Assembly (NCBI GenBank): GCA_964016885.1
Contig: OZ024740.1
Location: 17,050,001-17,114,000, forward strand
Reading direction: 5' to 3'
Origin: Eledone cirrhosa
Lineage: Eukaryota
DNA: 64,000 nucleotides
A program made the translations under genes and the position numbers. The notes under the pieces were generated by a model. The model ran no database searches, was not told the origin of the DNA, and saw only the letters and a list, made by a program, of their open reading frames with translations. This document shows, piece by piece, positions 53,488-64,000 of this stretch; the first letter of the stretch is position 1, and each line of letters begins with the position of its first letter.

Positions 53488-56400
53488 ATCATCTTCATCA
53501 TCATCATCAACGTTTAACGTCCGTGTTCCACGCTTGCATGGGTTTGGACGGGGGTTTTCCCACTTGAGGCAAGAGTGATTGTCTTACTCGAATAGGACTG
53601 TCTGGCGGGTTTTCTACAGATGCCTACTGGCTGTAGTAGGTTTTACTATGTATTTAGGTAAGGCGGGTCTTCTCTATTACTGAGTACCGCCAGAGGTCTC
53701 GGTCCAGTGACATTGTCTTGGAGAGGTGTAAGCGTGTGAGGTCGGAATTTATCAGCTCGTCCCATGTTTTTCTGGGTCTGCCTACTCCGTGGCTACCGTC
53801 TATCTTTATTGCTCTGCACTTTGTTATACAGCTGTCGTCTTTCATGCGCATCACGTGACCGTACCAACGTAGCCTTCTCTCGAGTAAACAACATCTGATC
53901 CCTCTTATTTCTAATTTTTTCCTTAGTTCGTTTATGCTTTGCCGTTCACGTATATTACTATTGCACATCCAGCGGAGCATGCAAGCTTCGTTCCTCTCTA
54001 GTCTGCGTATATCCTCTGCACACAATGCCCAGGTCTCACTGCCATGCAGCATTGCTGTTCGTATGCAGGCATCGTATAACCTGCCTTTCATTTTTAGGGA
54101 GAACCCTCTAGCGGCTAATAGTGGTATAAGCTCTCTGAACTTTTTCCATCCAGTTCTGACTCTAGCTACTGTACTTTCAGAGCACCCTCCCCCACTGCTG
54201 ATTTTGTCACCCAGGTAACGGAAGCTGTCCACTATTTCTATAGAACCCTCTGCGCAGTTGAAGGAGCTAGTATTTTGTGGGCAGTTGCTGCTACTTATTG
54301 CACCAGAGCACCGGCCACATGTAAAATCTATGTTCTTAGTTAGCTTACCTGTGATCCCACTACATCTTTTATGCACCCATACTTTGCATTTGGGACATAA
54401 AATGGAGTTTCTACCTACGCCTTTCCTACACACTGAGCATGGCCATTTCCCAGATGGGACTGCCGCCTTATTTTCTTTCCTACAAACTAGAACTTTAGTC
54501 TTAGCCAGGTTAATTTTAAGGCCTTTTGATTCTAGGCCGTGCTTCCATGTTTGGAATTTCTTCTCTAGTTCGGTCATTGATTCAGCTATGAGCGTTAGAT
54601 CATCTGCGTATAGGAGTTCCCATGGGCAGCCGGTCTTGAACTCCTCTGTTATAGCCTGAAGGGCAATAATAAATAGTAGGGGGCTAAGAACAGAGCCCTG
54701 ATGGACACCAACTTTTACGCTAAACTCTTCACTATATTCGTTGTTAATTCTAACCTTGCTGACTGTTTCTTTATACATGGCTTGTATAGCTCTCACAAGC
54801 CATTCGTCAACCCCTAGTTTTCTAACAGCCCACCAGATAATGGAACGGGGGACTCTGTCGAAGGCTTTCTCCAAGTCGACAAAAGCTAAGTAGAGGGGTT
54901 TACCTTTAGCTAGGTACTTCTCCTGTAGTTGTCTTACAATGAAAAGAGCGTCTGTGGTACTTTTGCCTGACACAAACCCGAACTGCATTTCATCTAGATC
55001 AATTCTCTCTCTGATTAGTTGCGCTATTACTTTTTCCGTGACCTTCATGACCTGGTCGATTAATTTAATGCCTCTATAGTTACTCCTATCTAGGGCATCT
55101 CCTTTTCCCTTATAGCAGTTAACGATGATGCTGCTACGCCAGTCCTTCGGAACAACCCCATTCTGTACGACTTGGTTAACTATCCGGGTGACCATGGTGT
55201 GTCCTACCGAACCAGATGCCTTCAGCATCTCAGCAACTATTTCCGAAGGACCAGCTGCCTTACCCGTCTTCATATCTTTGATTGCCTTGCTTATTGTACT
55301 ACCCTGGACTAACACTGCTGGTCCCTCTATTGGGTCGATGTGGGGGAGACTGTCTTTCTCCCATTTGTTCTCCTCATTTAGAAGCCTTTCGTAGTGACAC
55401 TTCCAAGCTACCTTCTTATCAGCGTCGGTGATGGCAAGTATGCCATCATCGTTAAGTACACACTTCTCCCCGACAATATCACGGTTTTCCTTGACACATT
55501 GCCTGGCAATCCTGAACACCTCACGTTTTTGGTCCTCACGTTGTAGAACATGCTTGAACTTTCTTTCCTCTGCTTCCCTTCTTGCGAAGTACACTTGTCT
55601 CCTAGCTTCCCTCCCGGCCACTTGATAGTCTTCTCTACTTCCCCCATCCCGCCATGCTTTCCAAGCCTGCTTTTTGGCCTTAATTGACTCCTCTACCTTG
55701 CTGTTCCACCACCATGTTACTCTCCTCCTACCTACAGGCCTGCTCCAGCCACAGACTTCGTCTGCCGCCGTCAGCAGGTTTGCTCTCAGGAATTCCCACT
55801 GTTCCTCTATATTATACGACTCTAATTGCTCTTCCTTACTGTCGAAAGCGTCAAGTAATATGCTTTGAAATTTATTTCTGGCTATGGGGTCCTTTAGCTT
55901 CCATATTTTTCTCCTGAGGATAGTCCTCTTCCGCTGTCTAGTACGTCTCGTCCTGACTATGAGGTCGCTAATTATCAGTCTATGTTGGGAGGTGAATTCT
56001 TCATGGGGGAGGGATTTAGTGTTAACAACAGACACTCTGTCACGTCTTCTGGTAAGGATATAATCTACCTGGCTTGTGTGTTCCCCCGATCTATAGGTGA
56101 TCAAGTGATTGTCTCGTTTTTTGAAGTTAGTGTTACAGATAGTTAAGTTATTTGCGTCGCAGAATTCCAGGATTCTGGAGCCTTCCTCATTTCTAGTACC
56201 GAACCTATAGCCTCCATGGATTCCGTCATAGCCGTCACAATGCTGTCCAACGTGACCATTTAGGTCGCCTGCAATAACTATATAGTCACTGTCGGTTATT
56301 TGGGAGGTAGCGAGCATCAGTGTCTCGTAGAATCTGTCTTTTATAGCACCGGGCAGTCCGGATTGTGGTGCGTACGCAGATATTACTGTCACCGTAGTTT

Positions 56401-56800
56401 TATTGAGGACAAGTCTTATTTTAATTATTCTGTCGTTCACTCTATTTACGTCTATTATCTTATCTGCCCACTTTTCTGCTACCATGATTCCTACCCCACC
56501 CAACCCATTGTCATTTCCCACCCAGAAAAGCTTATAGCATCGTTCTTTACCCACGATGAATCTAGCCGACCCGCCCCTCCACCTGGTCTCTTGAATACAA
56601 CAAACATCGACCTCCTTACGTTCAAGCATTTCTACAACCTCGTTAGAGCGACCCTTTAAGGTGCCTACATTCATGGTACCAACTCTGAAGTTTTGGATTG
56701 CGTTTGGAGGGTGGGAGCGGTGGGGCGCGGGGAGGGATGGGGTTATGTTAGCCATCCTGGGCCGAAACAAGGCGGAGTGCTTGCATTCTCGTCCACGAGG

Positions 56801-56803
<3 letters not shown>
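53488..56803 (-). mobile_element. Near full-length RTE-clade LINE inserted in (TA)n
   Basis: Single long ORF, short 3' UTR ending in (GAT)n, both ends in TA tracts. Confidence 0.95.
53654..56770 (-). CDS. RTE ORF: AP endonuclease + reverse transcriptase + inserted PHD finger (1038 aa; first ATG at 56755)
   Basis: TMNVGTL, CIQETRW, SAYAP, GDLNGH, VDYIL; [37 protein letters not shown]; C4HC3 motif; FRYLG; no stops. Confidence 0.95.
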   Translation of the reverse strand: MFRPRMANITPSLPAPHRSHPPNAIQNFRVGTMNVGTLKGRSNEVVEMLERKEVDVCCIQETRWRGGSARFIVGKERCYKLFWVGNDNGLGGVGIMVAEKWADKIIDVNRVNDRIIKIRLVLNKTTVTVISAYAPQSGLPGAIKDRFYETLMLATSQITDSDYIVIAGDLNGHVGQHCDGYDGIHGGYRFGTRNEEGSRILEFCDANNLTICNTNFKKRDNHLITYRSGEHTSQVDYILTRRRDRVSVVNTKSLPHEEFTSQHRLIISDLIVRTRRTRQRKRTILRRKIWKLKDPIARNKFQSILLDAFDSKEEQLESYNIEEQWEFLRANLLTAADEVCGWSRPVGRRRVTWWWNSKVEESIKAKKQAWKAWRDGGSREDYQVAGREARRQVYFARREAEERKFKHVLQREDQKREVFRIARQCVKENRDIVGEKCVLNDDGILAITDADKKVAWKCHYERLLNEENKWEKDSLPHIDPIEGPAVLVQGSTISKAIKDMKTGKAAGPSEIVAEMLKASGSVGHTMVTRIVNQVVQNGVVPKDWRSSIIVNCYKGKGDALDRSNYRGIKLIDQVMKVTEKVIAQLIRERIDLDEMQFGFVSGKSTTDALFIVRQLQEKYLAKGKPLYLAFVDLEKAFDRVPRSIIWWAVRKLGVDEWLVRAIQAMYKETVSKVRINNEYSEEFSVKVGVHQGSVLSPLLFIIALQAITEEFKTGCPWELLYADDLTLIAESMTELEKKFQTWKHGLESKGLKINLAKTKVLVCRKENKAAVPSGKWPCSVCRKGVGRNSILCPKCKVWVHKRCSGITGKLTKNIDFTCGRCSGAISSSNCPQNTSSFNCAEGSIEIVDSFRYLGDKISSGGGCSESTVARVRTGWKKFRELIPLLAARGFSLKMKGRLYDACIRTAMLHGSETWALCAEDIRRLERNEACMLRWMCNSNIRERQSINELRKKLEIRGIRCCLLERRLRWYGHVMRMKDDSCITKCRAIKIDGSHGVGRPRKTWDELINSDLTRLHLSKTMSLDRDLWRYSVIEKTRLT

Positions 56804-56879
<76 letters not shown>

Positions 56880-56920
56880 TTATATATATATATACATTTA
56901 TATATATATATATATATATA

Positions 56921-57218
<298 letters not shown>

Positions 57219-57358
57219 TTATATATATATATATATATATATATACATTTATATATATATATATATATATATATACATTTATATATATATATATATATAT
57301 ATATACATTTATATATATATATATATATATATACATTTATATATATATATATATATAT

Positions 57359-60300
57359 AACTTTGAATAACTTTGAAATGTTTTGGCCAGTATTGGCCGA
57401 GGCCATGTCTAACCTAATAGCACCACCTGGCGAAGTCTTTCAACTCAGGATTTGGGCACCATGGCCCATTCGAGAAGTGAATTACTGTTTGCGGAGACAT
57501 ATCCGGGTGTGGGTGGTTTGTCCGGGATTACTTGGAGGAATTTGTCCAAAGACTTCTTGAATTTTGTGTGGTCAGTTTCTGTTTTGACGTGTCCTGGTGT
57601 GATGTTGAAGAGAGCAGTGCTAATTGAGGTGGAATAATTGTGCCGTATCGTTATGTGTTGCGATTTAGATTTTTGTTTGGGACAGATAGCACCTGGCCCA
57701 AGCCTTGGGTGTACTTTGAAGGTGATACCAACATCATTTGGGCAGTGCTGATGAAACATTTTCCACATCATGCAGATAATATAACGCTGACGGCGACGTT
57801 GGAGTGAGTAAAGTTTCAGCTTTTCTAGTCGACCCCAGTAGTCAAGGTCTGACATGCCATCTATCTTTTTCGTGATTGCCCTTTGGGGAGCTTCAAGTTT
57901 CATGATACTTAGTTTCGTGTGGGGAGACCACAGTGGACAACAGTATTCAAGGTGTGGTCGGGCAAAAGTGGAGAAGAGAAGGACAATGGTGTGAGAATCT
58001 CTCGACTGGAAGGTTCTGAGGATCCAGGAACACATTCTGCGGGCCATGTCAACTTTGCTGCTTATATGCGTGGCCCAGCTTATGTTGCTGTCCACGGTTA
58101 CTCCCAAGTCTCTGATGTTGTTATATGCCACGAGAGTTTCACCGGAGGTAAGGGAGTACGGGAGTTTCAGAGCATCCTCTTTTCCGAAGTGGATCAGTTC
58201 GAATTTGTCTTCGTTCAGTAACATGTTGTTCTTTTCCGCCCATTGGGTAACAGCCAGTAGGTCTGACTGAAGGCTTATCCGGTCATCCACGCCATTGATG
58301 ACCTTTTGGAGCTTGGAATCATCAGCGAAAATTCTAATGTTGCTGTGTTTGATGATGTCAGTGATGTCATTAATATAGATGATGAAGAGAAGTGGGCCCA
58401 ACACAGTGCCTTGTGGGACCCACTACTGACTTTGGCTGGGCTGGATTTGACTCCTTCGACTACAACATGTTGGGTTCTGTTTGACAGGAAGCTCTTGATC
58501 CACTGCAGCAGTTTTCCAGTGACACCAGTATTGGACAGCTTTCTCAGTAGGATGTTGTGATCAACCCTTTCAAAGGCCTTGCTAAAATCAAGGTAGATAA
58601 CATCAGTGTTGGAACCCTCTCCCAAAGCTCTCAAAATGTCATCAAAGTGATGCAGTAGCTGCGTCAGGCAATCCCTTCCATTACGGAATCCATGCTGGTT
58701 GGAGTTCAGCATATTGTTACTCTCAAGGAAGTGAGTCATTCGCGATCTCACCACTCTCTCAAATACCTTAATGATATGAGAGGTGAGTGAGTTTGGACGG
58801 TAATTCACGGCAAGGGATTTGTTTCCTTTTTTGAAAACTGGGACAACAGACTGGGATAGAAGGTTTTCTGGCACATATCCAGCATCCAGTGAGTTCCGCC
58901 ACAGATTGGCAAGAGGAGATGCAAGTTGGTGTTGACACGCCTTCAAGACACAAGCAGGGAACCTATCGGGACCTACTGCTGAATTATGCTTGATTTCCTT
59001 TATTGCCGCTAAGACATCAGGGGCGCCAAACGTTATGTCCGATAAGGTGTAATGGGGAGTAACATCGCCGATACAGCCCAGATCGGCCATATCAGGATTG
59101 CTGAAAACAGCAGTAGTGTTTCTGCAGTATCTCACCCATGGTTTTAGCATTGTCTTGAAGAGTGCCATTTTCATCAATTAGAGGGCCAACAGTAGAGCCA
59201 GTGATTTTGTGTTTTTTTGCAAATGAAAAGAACACTTTGGGATTGAGTTTGATCTTCTCAATGGCCCATACCTCTTTAGCTCTTCTCTGATTGTTGATGA
59301 TAGACATCATATTGATTTGGAGGTTATGTTTTTTAATCTCTAGTGATGAAATGGCAGTCAAGTTTATGTGTTGCTGCTGACAGTATTTCAGCTTGTTGAT
59401 TTTTTTTGTTAGTTCTCTTAATTTTCCTGATGAGCGTTTTTCTATTTCTAGGGATTCTGCTCTTAGATTTGTTTCTAGTTCTTAATGGGGTGTGTTTTGC
59501 ACATATGTTTGTAACAGTGTCCACAAATGTCTGCCAGGACTTTTTGATGTTAGTGGGTGTATGAGTGTGCGTGAAGGACCAGTCGACATGTGCAAGATCA
59601 TGACTGATCGCTTCCCAGTTTGCATTGTGGAAATCCATAGCGTCAAACGGATGGACAGGAGAGATGACATTGGGTTTGTATATTGGACGGTGGAATATCA
59701 GATCACAGAGAACCATGTCATTATCAGAGAGTAGAGGTTTCTCCACTGCAATATTGTGGATATTGTCAGTGTGATTGCTGAAAATTAAGTCTAGGACGTT
59801 TTTGTGGCACCTCGTTGGTTCGAGCACCAGTTGGGACAGGAAGAAATCATCCATGAAGTCAAGAAGCGATTCCACTGCTTCCCTGTCAGAGGTTGAGGCA
59901 GAAGAACCTGGTGGCAGGCTGTTTGTGGACCAGTCAACTCCGGTGAGGTTGAAGTCCCCCATCATTAAGATGTTGTCAGGGTGACACTCTTGGATGAAAC
60001 ACTTTATGCTGTTGAGGCATTCCTTGAAGCATGGTAGAGGCGTTTGGGGTGGCCTATAGAGCCCAACTACTATTAGGTTGTTGGTTTGACTGAATACAGT
60101 GACTGCTTCGCAGTATCCATTAGTAAATATGTTCATAGCCTCTGTTGAGAAAGAATTATGGACATAAATGGCAGTCCCACCCTTTCTTCTGCAAGCGCGA
60201 TCAGCACGGATGGCTTTGAAATTTTTCACTTTCACCTCGGCTTCCAAGTGGAGGTTACTGAGATGGGTTTCAGTGAGGACGAAGAAAGGGATGTGGTTTG

Positions 60301-60785
60301 GATGGACATCAACCCAGTCCTCCAGGAATTTGATCTTCCATTTTTGAGTATTGGTGGAAGGGCTGATGCCTTGGACGTTAAGCAAAAATGTTGAGGCGAG
60401 AGTGGATGGTTTTAATTGTTTTGGTGTGTTGTTAATTTGTTTGTTTGTTAATGGCAGCAATGGGAGTTTGTGCAGTGGGGTGATAGTGGAGGGTGGTGCT
60501 GGGTGATAGCTCGAATGTTTTTTTCCAGTTCTTTTGCCAGATTCATTATGGCGAAAAAAAGAGGAAGAAGTTTCCTGTTTAGGAGACTGTTGGTGACTGT
60601 GGTAGTGGTTATTTTTATGTAGGTTATGGTTTTTGTTTTTGCTTTTATTTTTATTTTCATTTGTCCGACGGGTCCCCGGGAGATGGGTAAAGGGACAATC
60701 CCGGTGTAAACACAATCTGTCTCGCAGGGAAAAGCGGCAGATTTGTGGATTCCTTGTTTGAGTTATTGGTGGTTGTGTTGGTGTT
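57359..60785 (-). mobile_element. CR1-group LINE: end of ORF1 (CCCH finger) + APE + RT, with three frameshifts
   Basis: CRFSLRDRLCLHRDCPFTH; LLNVQG, LTETHL, GLYRPP, MGDFN, LDLIF; NYRP.SLTS, QHGFR, YLDFSKAF, FADDSKL, IRDLGV, LEYCCPLWSP, YSLQRRR; (TTCAAAGTTA) tail repeat. Confidence 0.92.
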
Positions 60786-60904
60786 AAATTTATATATATA
60801 TATATACATTTAAAATATTATTTATCTACATATATACATTTATATATATATATATACATTTATATATATATATATATACATTTATATATATATATATATA
60901 CATT

Positions 60905-60943
<39 letters not shown>

Positions 60944-61149
60944 ATTTATATATATATATGTGCATATGCATGTTTGTGGCTTTGTGTATATTCATGTATG
61001 TATGAAATTAGAATATGTATATATGTGTGTGTCTAGATATATATATATGTGTGTGTAGATATATATATAGTGTATATACACGAGAGTATGTATAATGTAG
61101 ATAAACTAGGCCAGTAGCAGCCTGGTTGTGGTCCTTCTGCAACTCCTCC

Positions 61150-64000
61150 TCCTTAGTGTTGCTACTACAACACTCCCCCTCACACAGTCTCTCTACACCT
61201 CTTACTACTACCACACTCACACTAATACAGCTACTACAACACTCCCCCTCACACAATCTCTCAATTTCTACCTCTTACTACTACCATACACACTAACACA
61301 CACACACTAATACAGCTACTACTACACTCTCCCTCACACAGTCTATCTATTTCTACCTTTTACTACTATCACACTTACACACATACACTAACACAGATAC
61401 AGCTGCTACTACACTCACCCACATACAATCTCACTATCTCTACCTCTTACTACTACCACACACACATACAGCTGCTACCACTCTGTCTCCCACAATCACA
61501 CTATTTTTACCTCTTATTACTACACACAGACACACTCACACATACAGCTGTTACCACACACACACATACAGCTGCTACCACACACACATAGACACACAGC
61601 TACACACACATACAGCTACTACCACACACACATACAGCTACTACCACACACGCTCACACAGCTACTACCACACACACATATATACAACTACTATCACACA
61701 CACACACACAGCTGCTACCACACACACATACAGCTACTACCACACACACATACACACAGCTACTACCATCACTACTCCTAGCTGCTGTTGCTTGGAGCTG
61801 TCTACCACCATTTTACTACTACTACTACTAGCACCACCACCACCACCACTACTACTACTAGCACCACCACTACTACTACTAGCACCACCACTACTACTAC
61901 TAGCACCACCACCACTACTACTACTAGCACCACCACCTCTACTACTACTAGCACCACCACTACTACTAGCACCACCACTACTACTACTAGCACCACCACT
62001 ACTACTACTAGCACCACCACTACTACTAGCACCACCACTACTACTAATAGCACCACCACTACTACTAGCACCACCACTTCTACTACTAGCACCACCACTA
62101 CTACTACTAGCACCACCACTACTACTAGCACCACCACCACTACTACTAGCACCACCACCACTACTACTAGCACCACCACTTCTACTACTAGCACCACCAC
62201 TACTACTACTAGCACCACCACTACTACTACTAGCACCACAACCACTACTACTAGCACCACAACCACTACTACTAGCACGACTACCACTACTACTAGCACT
62301 ACCACTACTACTAGCACCACCACTACTACTAGCACCACCACTACTACTAGCACCACCACTACAACTACTAGCACCACCACTACTACTACTAGCACCACCA
62401 CTACTACTACTAGCACCACCACTTCTACTACTACTAGCACCACCACCACTACTACTACTAGCACCACCACCACTACTACTACTAGCACCACCACTTCTAC
62501 TACTAGCACCACCACTTCTTCTACTAGCACCACCACTACTACTAACACCACCACTACTACTAACACCACCACCACTTCTACTACTAGCACCACCACTTCT
62601 ACTACTAGCACCACCACCACTACTACTAGCACCACAACCACCACTACTGCTACTAGCACCACCACTACTACTAGCACCACCACCACTACTACTAGCACCA
62701 CCACTACTGCTACTAGCACCACCACTACTACTAGCACCACTACCACCACTACTAGCACCACCACCACCACTACTAGCACCACCACCACTACTACTAGCAC
62801 CACCACCACTACTACTAGCACCACTACTACTAGCACCACCACTACTACTACTACTAGCACCACCACTACTACTACTAGCACCACCACCACTACTACTACT
62901 AGCACCACCACCACTACTACTAGCACCACCACTACTACTACTAGCACCACCACCACTACTACTACTAGCACCACCACCACTACTACTAGCACCACCACCA
63001 CTACTACTAGCACCACCACCACTACTATTAGCACCACTACTACTAGCACCACCACTACTACTACTAGCACCACCACTACTACTACTAGCACCACCACCAC
63101 TACTACTAGCACCACCACCACTACTACTACTAGCACCACCACCACTACTACTAGCACCACCACCACTACTATTAGCACCACTACTACTAGCACCACCACT
63201 ACTACTACTAGCACCACCACTACTACTACTAGCACCACCACCACTACTACTAGCACCACCACACTACTACTACTAGCACCACCACTTCTACTACTAGCAC
63301 CACTACTACTACTACTAGCACCACAACCACTACTACTAGCACCACAACCACTACTACTAGCACGACTACCACTACTACTAGCACTACCACTACTACTAGC
63401 ACCACAACCACTACTACTAGCACGACTACCACTACTACTAGCACAACCACTACTACTAGCACCACAACCACTACTACTAGCACGACTACCACTACTACTA
63501 GCACTACCACTACTACTAGCACCACCACTACTACTAGCACCACCACTACTACTAGCACCACCACTACAACTACTAGCACCACCACTACTACTATTAGCAC
63601 CACCACCACTACTACTACTAGCACCACCACACTACTACTACTAGCACCACCACTTCTACTACTAGCACCACTACTACTAGCACCACCACTACTACTACTA
63701 GCACCACCACCACTACTACTACTAGCACCACCACCACTACAACTACTAGCACCACCACTACTACTATTAGCACCACCACCACTACTACTACTAGCACCAC
63801 CACACTACTTCTACTAGCACCACCACTTCTACTACTAGCACCACCACTACTACTACTAGCACCACCACCACTACTACTACTAGCACCACCACCACTACAA
63901 CTACTAGCACCACCACTACTACTATTAGCACCACCACCACTACTACTACTAGCACCACCACACTACTACTACTAGCACCACCACTTCTACTACTAGCACC
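61150..64000. repeat. CA-rich degenerate repeat grading into a (ctagcaccaccactacta)-type trinucleotide mosaic satellite
   Basis: Read directly from the sequence; runs off the window end. Confidence 0.9.

Noticed and set aside
61788-63644. 618-aa Thr/Ser-rich mucin-like ORF
   Set aside because: Trinucleotide mosaic open in several frames, with a TTG start, a frame switch and no clear splice sites or domains.

Overview
Repeat-dense, AT-rich animal genomic DNA. The (TA)n/(CA)n-saturated background and the SINE/RTE repertoire look like a coleoid cephalopod, probably Octopus; this is inference. The only well-supported host coding feature is the first exon of a chromodomain gene (22093-22257, +, MPP8/CBX-like), followed by what appears to be a very long intron. 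Everything else is transposable elements and simple repeats: an uninterrupted 1038-aa RTE LINE with a PHD finger inserted after the RT core, truncated RTE copies, a frameshifted CR1-group LINE, Penelope-like elements (PLEs), Tc1 and DD37D/maT DNA transposons, tRNA-derived SINEs and minisatellites. The most striking pattern is a system of small non-coding elements embedded in (TA)n tracts. At least six families with dissimilar sequence share one layout: a near-perfect fold-back palindrome containing a type I hammerhead ribozyme, plus a one-sided tail with a conserved ACTC...GAGTRC stem. One family is demonstrably the terminal repeat of a PLE in this window. Most ORFs in the supplied track are microsatellite or antisense artefacts.
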